Shown here piece after piece: positions 1-8,773 of a stretch of DNA of 22,225 nt (the stretch's first letter is position 1; every line of letters begins with the position of its first letter). A model generated the notes under the pieces. The model worked only from the letters and a program-made list of their open reading frames with translations. It did not search any database and had not been told where the DNA came from. The DNA comes from Paraspadella gotoi (lineage: Eukaryota > Animalia > Chaetognatha), in the NCBI GenBank assembly GCA_051294375.1, contig JBJCIZ010000484.1, positions 1 to 22,225 of the forward strand. The letters run 5' to 3'. A program made the translations under genes and the position numbers.

Positions 1-384
1 AGAGTTTAACATTTATTGAAAATTGAAAACGTTTTTGATGATTGCTTTGTGAAATACTTAATGTAAGCATTACCGATCATGTGATTATTAGATTCTATCA
101 AATTGTACCTTAATTCGATATGTTATTATTCCAATGTTATTGCTTTTATCAATTCCATGAAATCTATTGTATGGTTTAAAATAGCAACCGGATCGGCTGG
201 TAGTAGGTGAAAATACGCAAGTGTTTCGATCAGGTCCAGATCGGGCGATATACATAAACATTGGGTATTTTGTTTCAATTTGTCGCATGAGTTATTTATT
301 TTTCGGATAATAAACCTTTACGCTTACATTAAAAAGTGCTCTTTATGGTATCCCATTTCTGGAAAGGACAAAGAAACCAAAAAA

Positions 385-1160
385 GAAACGGAGAGAGGGA
401 GTGAGAGGGAGAGAAGTATTGTGAGAGAGAGAGGAAGTGGAGAATAGTGAGAGGAGCGAGAGAGATGAGAGAGAGGAAGAGGCAAACTCAGCGGCGAAGA
501 TTTTTTTTTTTTTAAAGGGGATAGGAGGGAGCTCAGCAATCTGGTTTTTTTCTTGTAGCGTTGCATATGCACGTGACGACGTAAGTGGCAGGCAACAAGC
601 GAGAGATTTGACCAGGAAGAGAGAGAGAGAGAGAGAAAAAGGAAAGAGAGAGAGAGAGACGAACGTTCAAAGAAAGGGAGTAGGAGCGGAGCCAGATCAC
701 GTGACGACGAAGTCCAGAAGAGAAAGAAAAGGAAGCGCGTCACGATTCTGTTTTTTTTTTTTCGGTTTTCGACTTTTCAGAGTTTCATGGTTTTTGAGAG
801 CGGGTAAGAGACGGCAAGAGGGAGAGATGGAGAATCTAGGGTTTGGGGGATGGCGTTCAGTATTTTCGCCAGAGGTCAAAGCTCGTTGCAGCTGCTCTAT
901 CGAGTGAGAAATGGATGAGGAAAGAGAAGTGCAACGGTAAAGGGAAGAGAGAAGAGGAGGATAGGGAAATGAAGAGGCAAATGAAGAAAAATGCGCGAAA
1001 AAAGACGCTAGGATGAGGATCGACTCACGGGTCAAGGAGGGGAGGGTTAGTAAAAGAATGCGCGATTCGAATCCATCGGGTTGAAGAGAGGGGGGGGATC
1101 AGTGCGGCAGAAAAGAAATTGTGAAGGATGAAAGGCTAAAATAAAGAGAGAGGGACGGTA
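385..1160. repeat. Purine-rich, GA-microsatellite low-complexity region
   Basis: (GA)n tracts at ~390-480 and ~618-659, strong purine skew, and a duplicated cacgtgacgacg at 570 and 698. Confidence 0.7.
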
Positions 1161-1221
1161 GTTTTTAGGACGGAAAAGATATGCATGCGTTAAATCCTTC
1201 TTTTTTCGTTGTTCATAGGTA

Positions 1222-1770
1222 TTAGATGAGAGCAAAGAATTTGAATTTAACAACGATTTTTATTAGTAGTTGGACATGTTTCGGCTGCTTATTTTTCAAG
1301 CCTTCATCAGCATATGACATTCAATAATAATTTGTTGCAAAAGAAGAGTTGAGAGAGAGAGATGAGAGAGAAGTGGGTAAAAGTTTTTCCAACAAATGTT
1401 GTCGATGAGACAGAATAGTCAGATGTGAGGACAGGTTTGAAGGTATGAGGACAGATTGAGTGAGTTGTGAAAAGAAAGTGGAAACTTGCTTAAAGAGAGA
1501 GAGACGAGAGAGAGAGAGAGGAGAAAAAAATCAAAAAACAACAGAGATAAATAAATAATAAGATACATTTTTTGCAATGTACAACAAAGATAAAGGAGTT
1601 TGCAAAAACTAACATCTGGAAAATTTTAACATTTAAACTAGTGAATAATAAGTAATAGCTAAGGGATTAGTTAAGTGAAAATGAAATATGAAAGAATAGT
1701 TTTTTAGTTTTAGTTGATAATTAAGAGATTAAGAAAGTTGAAATTCAAGGAAAGAAGCAGCTCAAGTGAG
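1222..1770 (-). repeat. Left inverted arm (inverted copy of the PLE 3' UTR/pLTR)
   Basis: Its reverse complement aligns to 3698-4279. For example, ccttcatcagcatatgacattcaataataattt (1301-1333) matches aaattattattgaatgtcatatgctgatgaagg (4160-4192). Differences are mostly 1-bp indels. Confidence 0.93.
1271..1312 (-). ncRNA. Minimal hammerhead ribozyme motif (inverted-arm copy)
   Basis: The reverse complement reads tg-CTGATGA-a-ggcttgaaaaataagcagcc-GAAA-CATGTC-ca, with palindromic ACATGT at stem III. Confidence 0.8.
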
Positions 1771-3225
1771 GTCTCGTGCGATTTACAAAGCATGTTTACG
1801 AAACATTCCCCAAGACTTGGCGTTAGCCTTTCCGCAGAGCGCCGCTTGAGGGAAAGACCGGTCATTGCACTGAGCGTACGCCAATTCCAATTGGATGCAT
1901 ATCATGGCATTGCTGCGGTCTGGACCTGGAACTGGCGTACTTCAGTTCGACTGCGACAATATTATGCCCAGCCTGGTGGCTTAGGGATGGGCAATCAACG
2001 TCAAGTCCTCTGGCAGGATTTTACTATGGAGTGGACTATGAGGTGGAAAGCTTTTTAGGCCTCTTTTCGATTGCTTGCTATGGGCAGAGTCAGGCCTCTT
2101 GCTGGTATCGGAAAGCAGACGATACCATTCTTGGCTGTGCGCAAAGGACCCTCATGAGGCATTCTACTAAACCACCTGAACAGCATTCCATGTGCGGATT
2201 CAGTGGGACATGTTGCAGAGGGAGGTGATGGAGTCAATTCCAGTGCTCGATGGTTGATTTCAACGCAAAGAGGTGCGGGCTCATTGGAATTCTCAGTATA
2301 TCGCAAACGACCCACACGGACCAATACATTCCCTTTCATCTCACATGCTTCCCTTGTCTCACAAGCGTCGCCACGGTCAGATCCCTTACCAGGAGAGCGC
2401 CTGATCCGTCGACCCCCGAGCTTCTTCAGGCCGCCGAGCTTGAGACATCCAAAAGAGCCTTGGCCGATCAATGGCACCCATGTGCGGCCTTTCGAGAAGG
2501 CTAGGTATCGGGCGCGGCCTGGCTGAGGACAGTGGCCCATAACCAGGGGCTGTTCCCAAAGTAACCGCTGGACGCAGGTTTCTTACCTCCACCCCCACGG
2601 AGGCAGAACGGGGAGCGTTGCGCCTGAAGAGCCGACCGCTCGCACCACCACAGCCGCCAAAGTGGAGATAGCTAGAAGCGCCCAAGGAACGTGGGCGTCA
2701 CTTGTCCCTTCCCTACCACCAGGGGATCACTTTGAAGCTTTGGTGCGTGGTGGCTGGCAAAGCAGTGGAGATCTCCATTTCAGTGACGGCCCGCTGCTCC
2801 CTACTGTGCAGGCAATTGGTGAAACCGAAAGAACATAAAATCCCCAGACCGAAAACATTCAGGAGCCGTCTTACTGGGCGGCCTGTGCCAGGGTGGGCAA
2901 CACATTCCTGTGCAGCAGCATACGGTGGGAGAGACAGGAAATAGTCTTGGGGACAGATCATTCCAACAAACACCATAAAAAACCTTTACCGTGACGCCCG
3001 AGGTCACTATTTGTCCGCAATTGCTGAACATTCAGCAGGACACATGGCCATCTGTTTCAGGGAAATCAACTGGTCTTCGTTGCTGTCCCCATGACCCGAA
3101 CTGTTCTTCAAGAGGTATTAGGAGAGGCAATTTACATGTTCAAATGCCCTCGGAGGCCCTCGTTGAACCGGTCTGATGTGAGGGACGTTTCGATTCTCCC
3201 TCCAAGCTATGATTCGCTTATATCA
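1771..3225 (+). pseudogene. Frameshifted PLE reverse transcriptase + GIY-YIG endonuclease coding region (N-terminus missing)
   Basis: Motifs occur in the expected order across shifting + frames. RT: VSCDLQSMFT/NIPQDLA (1771-1822, motif A), YYAQPGGLGMGN (1960-1995, motif B), WYRKADDT (2103-2126, motif C), LLNHLNSI (~2164), LEFSVYRK/THTDQYIPF (2284-2336), ATVRSLTRRA..AELE..ING (thumb, ~2370-2480). Linker: SLPYHQG (~2705), LVKPK. Endonuclease: GAV(Y) (~2862), AY(V)GETG (~2917-2940), SAIAEH (3014-3031), EAIY (3124-3135), SLNR (~3160-3171), LPPSYDSLI (3196-3222). Confidence 0.9.
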
Positions 3226-3697
3226 AAAGCGTGTGGAGGCCCCGGCCGCCACCCACGCCCGCATCAATGACTCCCCTATCTCCACTCAACCGAGAACAGG
3301 CGAGGACCCTTTGCGCAGGCAATGGCAAACGATTGCCTCTCCCTTCTAATTGCAGCAACCTCAAGTCCCTCCCTCTGCGGACTGTGAGCTTTCGCCCAAA
3401 GTGCGACTGGCTTTCAGGAGGAGGGAGAGGAGTCCGTCACTCCTGGTCAACAAAATTGGTGGCAAGAACGGACAAACACGCCACCTCGTCAGCAGGCGAG
3501 AAGGGGCAGGCCGGCAGGGCGTATCAGGCCAAGAGACATAAGAGTAGCCCTTGGGGGATCTTTTCCGCAAGATCGCTTTCCCAATCCGGGCATTCATTCA
3601 GTTCGGTCATACTCTCCTCTCGAGCACTGACACGCCAATGACCCGTCTATCAATCGTCCTTGTCCCTTCATTTGCATTAAAAACAAGGGGGGCCGAA

Positions 3698-4279
3698 CTC
3701 CACTTTGAGCTCTTTCTTTCCCTTTTGAATTTCACTTTCTTAATCTCTTAATTTATTACACTAAAACTAAAACTACTTTCTTCAATATTCATTTTTCACT
3801 TAACTATCCTTAGCTTAAATTGTACTTATTATATTCACTAGTAAATTTGTTTAAAATTTCTCCAAATGTTAGTTTTTTTCAAACTCCTTTATCTTTGTTG
3901 TACATTGCAAAAATGTATCTTTATTATTTATTTAATCTCTGTTGTTTTTTGTTTTCTCTCTTCTCTCTCCTCTCTCTCTCTCTCTTTAAACAAGTTTTCA
4001 CTTCTTTTCACAAACTCACTCAATCTGTCCTCACCTTCAACCTGTTCCTCACATCTGTGACACTATTCTGGTCTCACCACTTTGTTGGAAAAAACTTTAT
4101 ACCCTCTCTCTCTCATCTCTCCCTCTTTCTCTCTCTTCTCACACTCTTCTTTTTGCACAAAATTATTATTGAATGTCATATGCTGATGAAGGGCTTGAAA
4201 TAAGCAAGTCCGAAACATTGTCCAACTTACTATATAAAAATCGTTGTTTAAATTCAAAAATTCTTTGCTCTGCCTCTAA
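3698..4279 (+). repeat. Right arm: PLE 3' UTR/pLTR with CT-rich tracts and hammerhead
   Basis: Partner of 1222-1770. It follows the coding region directly, is pyrimidine-rich, and has the HHR near its end. Confidence 0.93.
4181..4224 (+). ncRNA. Minimal type I hammerhead ribozyme motif (PLE-associated)
   Basis: tg-CTGATGA-a-GGGCTTG-aaataag-CAAGTCC-GAAA-cattGTC-ca. It has the conserved core, a 7-bp stem II (one G-U), a very short stem III and a GUC triplet. Only ~2 bp of stem I is visible. Confidence 0.8.
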
Positions 4280-4299
4280 GGAGAAAAGATAGAAATCTC

Positions 4300-4570
4300 G
4301 TGCGTTGAAATAGTTAAAAAATAATCGAAAAAGTGATCGTTGAAAATATTTTGTTGAATCAATCATGAAAATCGAAAATGTTGCATTAGCTGAATCGAAA
4401 GTCGGAATTGGTGAGTTAATGTTATGTTGTAGCAATAAATCGGAAAGAGTTTGAATCAAAATAGTGAATACTATAAAAATTAAATAGAGTAAGATGAAAA
4501 TAGTGATTCAATGAAAATCGTAAAGTTAGTTGATTTACGGTTGAATCGAAATGTCGGAAATGTGTAGTTT
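4300..4570. repeat. Degenerate local direct duplication (~150-bp offset)
   Basis: atgaaaatcg...tgaatcgaaagtcggaattggtgagtt (4365-4417) recurs as atgaaaatcg...ttgaatcgaaatgtcggaaatgtgtagtt (4511-4569). Confidence 0.55.
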
Positions 4571-5250
4571 AAAATAGTAAGTGTATGAAGATGGAAATAA
4601 GGAGAGTTTGAAATATGTGAATTAATTAAAAAGCGAAAATGTTTGTTAAAAAATAGGACCAAAGTATGGAAAAATGAAAATAGTGAGTGAAAATAGGTTT
4701 AATTAAAAGGAATTTACTGAGTTTACATGTATTGAACAGAAAGAATACAGATAAATTGAAGTTTAAAATAGTGAGGCAGTGTAAAGTTAAAATTTAACAG
4801 TGAAGCAAAATAGAATAAAATCGAAACTATCAAAATTGAATTGAGTGAAGGAGATAGTTAAAAATAGTAAGGAAAAATAGGAAAGGAAAAGAATTACATT
4901 AATGCCCGGGATTATTTTGCAAAAGGCAGAAGATTAACGATTTTATTGTGTTACAGTACAACACTAAATGTCCCGGATTAGCTAAAAATAAAAAGGGCGG
5001 ATTAGTGATCTTACTGTTTATTGTGTGAGATGGGCGTGGTTCTTCTTCGTATTTTCATTTGGCGTTGAGTTGAAAGAAACAGTTTTTTCAAACGATTTTT
5101 GGCGCAATGCAGAGAAAATTTTTTTTGTGAAATATCAGGTAGAGTTTTGTTGTTTTTTTTGCGCGCGAGGAAGATAAGAAAAATTAGGATGAAAAAAAAT
5201 TAAGATTAGGAAAAATGGAAGAAAAAAAATTAGGGTGGGTTGGGAGGTTT

Positions 5251-5331
5251 GCCGGTTAGCCAGTTAGTCGGTAGAGCAGGGAAACTTAATCCTGGGGAAG
5301 GTTAAACCTTGGGAGAGGCCTGATATGGGCG
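5251..5331 (+). pseudogene. Degenerate tRNA-Lys(CTT)-like sequence (tRNA pseudogene or SINE head)
   Basis: GCCGGTTAGC..AGTCGGTAGAGCAgggaaaCTTAATCCtgggg...TGGGCG resembles metazoan tRNA-Lys-CTT (GCCCGGCTAGCTCAGTCGGTAGAGCAT..CTCTTAATC..GGG..TTGGGCG). The A-box region is recognisable, but the T-arm/B-box is corrupted (ggttaaacc). Confidence 0.6.
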
Positions 5332-5394
5332 TCACTGGGAAGATGGGTATCTAGCTAAAGGTAGGTTCTAACTAGTCTCTCATCAGGGAAAAGA

Positions 5395-5617
5395 GGTAAG
5401 AAGGGTAAGGAATATATTGGTAATAAGAAGGGAGAGGGAAGGTTGCAGACCCCGAGACCGAGAGGAGAAGTTGAGAGAGTGAGTCCGATCTCCAAGACTC
5501 AATCCGTGGACTCCTGGGATGAAGAGGAGGGGACGACGAAGGGGAGGAGGAGGCGTTGAAGGGGAAAGAGAAGGCCCGATGGAGAGAGGGGTTCTGGCGG
5601 TAAGGTGAGCCTCTATC
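5395..5617 (-). repeat. Dispersed ~200-bp repeat, copy 1 (inverted relative to 7405-7590)
   Basis: Reverse-complement blocks atagaggctcacctt, cccttcgtYgtcccctcctcttcatcc and tctcggggtc are shared in the same order with 7405-7590. Confidence 0.8.
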
Positions 5618-5645
5618 TTGCAAACAACAAATTTTATTTTTATAA

Positions 5646-5682
5646 ATGGACATGTTTCCACTTTTTTTCGAATCTTCATTCT
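5646..5682 (-). ncRNA. Degenerate (probably dead) hammerhead remnant
   Basis: The reverse complement reads agaATGA-agattcgaaaaaaagtg-GAAACATGTCC. The 3' half is intact, the CTG of the core is lost by deletion, and stem II is broken. Confidence 0.55.
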
Positions 5683-5826
5683 TTTCTCCAAACATTGTTT
5701 CCTACTTACTCTCAAATGATTGACTTTCAGTTTTTCTATTCACTCTCTCTCTGTCTCTCCTGTCCTTACCTTCAGCTGTTCTTACCCTTAACACTATTCT
5801 TTATTCAATTCTTTATTGGACGCTTA

Positions 5827-5869
<43 letters not shown>

Positions 5870-5872
<3 letters not shown>

Positions 5873-6230
5873 AAGAGACTTCCGAATCTCCACGCATTGC
5901 GGTCCTTGGCGTTCGTTGGTCGCCCATCCAAAAAGAGGTTTTGACAAAAGTTTCGCTGACTATATCTCTAGTAAGAGTACAACGCGAGTTCCCAAACGGT
6001 CCAAACGTCTATTCTTGTTCATGACAAAATCGTAGCAAAAAGAGAAAATCGTGACAATATCTAGTCGCGAAAACCCGGACGCGAGACGTTGATTCAATAA
6101 ATGGTTCTAAAACGACTAAAATTCAGTCACCAAATTCCTAAAAGTAAACGTACGAAATGACCGGCGTTACAAAAGGACCGAGAGAGAAAAATATGACCAA
6201 AAAAGGTCAGGAGGCGATTTTATCTTCACT
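5870..6230. mobile_element. ~360-bp unclassified insertion within a (CT)n microsatellite
   Basis: It is flanked by (CT)n at ~5829-5869 and ~6232-6253. The homologous region of the longer PLE (4100-4183) has one continuous CT tract about 40 bp before the HHR. Confidence 0.55.
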
Positions 6231-6291
6231 TTCTCTCTCTCTCTCTCTCTCTCCCTTCATCATAATGTTTGGAAAAATTTAAATTCACATT

Positions 6292-6331
6292 GCGCTGATG
6301 AAGACTCTAAAAAGAGTTGAAACATGTTCGT
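6292..6331 (+). ncRNA. Minimal hammerhead ribozyme motif
   Basis: gcg-CTGATGA-a-GACTC-taaaaa-GAGTT-GAAA-CATGTT-cgt. It has a 3-bp stem I, a 5-bp stem II whose sequence differs from the 4181 copy, palindromic ACATGT and a GUU triplet. Confidence 0.75.
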
Positions 6332-7404
6332 TAAAAAAAAAATTGTTGTTTGTAAACAAAAACAAACTTTGTTTTCTCTTTCAATTTAAAACGCAACAAA
6401 ACGAAAGTCCTTTCACTATGTTTGAATTTTATCAAAATACTTTAATAGCAAGGATTCTAGGAGTTTAATAAAAAAGCGAGGGTAAAATTTGTCATTTGTC
6501 ATGGGTGAGGGTGTAGCGACAGAAATGACGAAAACGACGACAAAGACGATGACAAACCGATGACGGTGACCTCACCATTCATCACTGGTGAATCTCACCA
6601 CTCAACCGTTTAGGGGAGGAAAGTTCCTCACCCACGTAACCGTTTACCTACTGTTGAGCGTTACAAACGCTAATTCTGTAATTATCTGTTATTGTTGTTA
6701 TTGTTTTATTTCCTTTGTTATGATTTTTACTTTATTTGTTTTCCATGGTTTTTGAACCATTATTTGATCGCAAAAACGTCTTATTTTTTGCCTAAAATAA
6801 TCATTTGAGAGTCGCCACAAATTGGTGATTACTCGATGTAAGAGATAAAGCGCAACCTTCTAAAAAAAAACCAACGGCAAAATGGAAGAGAGTCCCGATG
6901 GCGCCAACCTGTCAAATACCAACTTTTATTGCTTTACACTATTATAAAGCCTATATCCAAAAATTATAGTTTTGGCTCAATCTGTGTTTTTCTCTCTCCA
7001 TATATATTTTTTTATGTTTCCAGAAAAAAACTTTTATTCCTGTTAAATCTTTTACCGTATAATAACTTTAAAAATATGGCAAAAAATATCCTTTTTGTAC
7101 TTGAAAATAAAATTATGTCAAAATTATACAGTGGGAATGAATAAACGATATTGTGAAAGAGTCTTGATTGAATGATTGCAAGGAACTGCCCTGTCATTAT
7201 CTTCCACACTACGGCGAAAAAAAGGAGCCACTTTTCACATAAAAAAACACATTAGATGCCTGAATTTTACAAAGACATAGAAACATTAAATAAAGATTAT
7301 TGAAAGATGAAGCGATTGGTCCAAGTCCCAATAAAATCTAGCGAAGCGTTCGGAAGTTATAGGACAACAAAGTCGATTGGTACAAAAATCGAAAAAGAAG
7401 ACAG

Positions 7405-7590
7405 AATAGAGGCTCACCTTTCTCCTCACCTCTACTCCTTCTCTTCCCTTCGTTGTCCCCTCCTCTTCATCCCCGAGTCAAGGATCGTCCTCACTCTCGT
7501 CTCACGATCTCGGGGTCCTCAAGCCTTCCTTTTCCCTCTCCCCTTTTATGTACCCTTATTCCCTTTTCTTTTTACCAAATACATCAACTT
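7405..7590 (+). repeat. Dispersed ~200-bp repeat, copy 2
   Basis: Same blocks as 5395-5617, pyrimidine-rich on this strand, with shorter internal segments than copy 1. Confidence 0.8.
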
Positions 7591-8331
7591 ACATATTTTC
7601 CCGGACGAGAGCATAGTGAGATCCTTACCATATATTGATACATACCTTCAGAGGAAGAATTAGTTTTTGTAAAAAAGTCAATGACTTTTTCCTATTACAA
7701 ATGTTTATAATATAAAATTAGCTGAACACATTGTTAGAAAAAGAAGTATCATCAACTTAACCTCCAAAAATCATCTTTTTCCAATTCTGTTTTCAGACTT
7801 TAAAAGTATTGTTGTATTCTACTGCCTGAACTAATTAATTTTTTCTTTCACCAATCATTATCTTTTTAAAAAAGCTATATTTTTGATAAATATTTTCTTA
7901 AAATAATAAAGAAATAGTGGTTGTACCAATTTCACAGTAAAAATGAATAATAAAAAAAAGTAATACAAATTTGTTAACCTGCAAGAGCCATGTTAATATT
8001 GTTATATAAATTAGCTTTTTCAAATATTTTTATTATACAGAATTCACATAATCAACTATCAAAACAAATTAAAACATATGTATTAATTGTTTTTTTAAAA
8101 ATAGTTATTATTAAATTGTTTATATTCTTTTTTGCCTTATATTCAACCTTACGATGACGCATTAATCTCATTTGCATATTCCAGTCACTCGATTTTTATT
8201 ACTAACCTTTTGAGCATACTTGACCCACCGGCTGCGTATCTAATTTTCATTAAATATGGTTCTGATCATATTTTGAAAGTTTTTTGAAAATCTGAATCTA
8301 GATTCAGGCACTAACTTTATCTAAAATGTAA

Positions 8332-8530
8332 CCACGAAAATCTAGGATATAAATTTGGGATTTTGTATTGAAAAAATGGCGATGACAAAAGTTTTTAAAA
8401 GGAAAAAAAATAATCAGAATTTTTAAAAAAACGACGACTACAACGGGCCAAGAGATCGTCAGAGTGTGTGTGTGTATGAGAGAGATCAGAGAGAGAGAAG
8501 AGAGAGAGAGAGAGGAGAGGAAGAAGCTGA
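8332..8530 (+). repeat. Direct repeat copy 1 (unique head + GA microsatellite + aagctg)
   Basis: ccaYgaaaatct..gatRtaaatttgggattttgtattga..aaaagttttta.aaggaaaaaaa.taatcagaatttt is shared with 9286-9480. Both copies continue into GA-rich microsatellite ending in aagctg. Confidence 0.8.
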
Positions 8531-8548
8531 ACTGACGCCGCAGAAAGA

Positions 8549-8634
8549 GGAACTCGTTTACTCGTCGCCGAGTGACGGTGGTAAAAAAAGTGACTAAAAA
8601 ATTTTTTTTGTAAAAAAAAAAGAGATAGAGAGAT

Positions 8635-8674
<40 letters not shown>

Positions 8675-8773
8675 CCGGAACTCGTTACTTCGTTTACTCG
8701 TCGCCTTGTGACGGTGGTGAAAAAAAAAGTGAATACATTTTTTTTTGTAAAAAAAGAGAGAGAGAGAGTGAGA
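8549..8773 (+). repeat. Tandem duplication of a ~128-bp unit ending in (GA)n
   Basis: ggaactcgtt..actcgtcgcc..gtgacggtggt.aaaaaaagtga...ttttttttgtaaaaaaa.gaga occurs at 8549 and again at 8677. Confidence 0.85.

Larger units (their letters stand above)
1222..4279 (+). mobile_element. Penelope-like retroelement (RT followed by C-terminal GIY-YIG, Penelope/Poseidon-type order), 5'-truncated, with an inverted copy of its 3' end (pLTR) at the 5' side
   Basis: A GC-rich core (1771-~3690) carries PLE RT and GIY-YIG motifs. It is bracketed by inverted arms 1222-1770 and 3698-4279, each containing a hammerhead core. A truncated body with an inverted 3' end is an established PLE insertion structure. 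No TSD is visible. Confidence 0.9.
5618..6385 (+). mobile_element. Non-coding PLE-derived mini element (pLTR remnant with short inverted HHR-bearing arm)
   Basis: 5761-5830 (tgtccttaccttcagctgttcttacccttaacactattct..tttattgga) is homologous to the PLE 3' UTR at 4026-4090. It is followed by (CT)n, an HHR at 6292-6331 and an aaattgttgttt tail as at 4238-4249. The reverse complement of 5618-5697 matches 6263-6355. Confidence 0.72.

Noticed and set aside
88-350. Possible exon or LINE ORF1 remnant on the minus strand
   Set aside because: Too short, with no diagnostic motif I can identify.
324-1253. ORFs of 68-156 aa in the GA-rich region
   Set aside because: Low-complexity S/L or R/E translations of microsatellites with no recognisable domain.
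2055-3031. Minus-strand ORFs over the GC-rich core
   Set aside because: Antisense shadows. All recognisable RT and EN motifs are on the + strand.
4025-4035. ctgtcctcacc shared between the PLE 3' UTR and the satellite module (opposite strand)
   Set aside because: An 11-bp match is roughly what chance allows at this comparison size, and the flanks are only compositionally similar.
1222-4279. DNA transposon or foldback interpretation of the long inverted repeats
   Set aside because: The interior encodes RT plus GIY-YIG and the arms carry hammerheads, which fits a PLE with an inverted pLTR rather than transposase TIRs.
5251-5331. Functional tRNA gene
   Set aside because: The D-arm has an insertion, the T-loop lacks GTTCGA, and a full cloverleaf cannot be formed.
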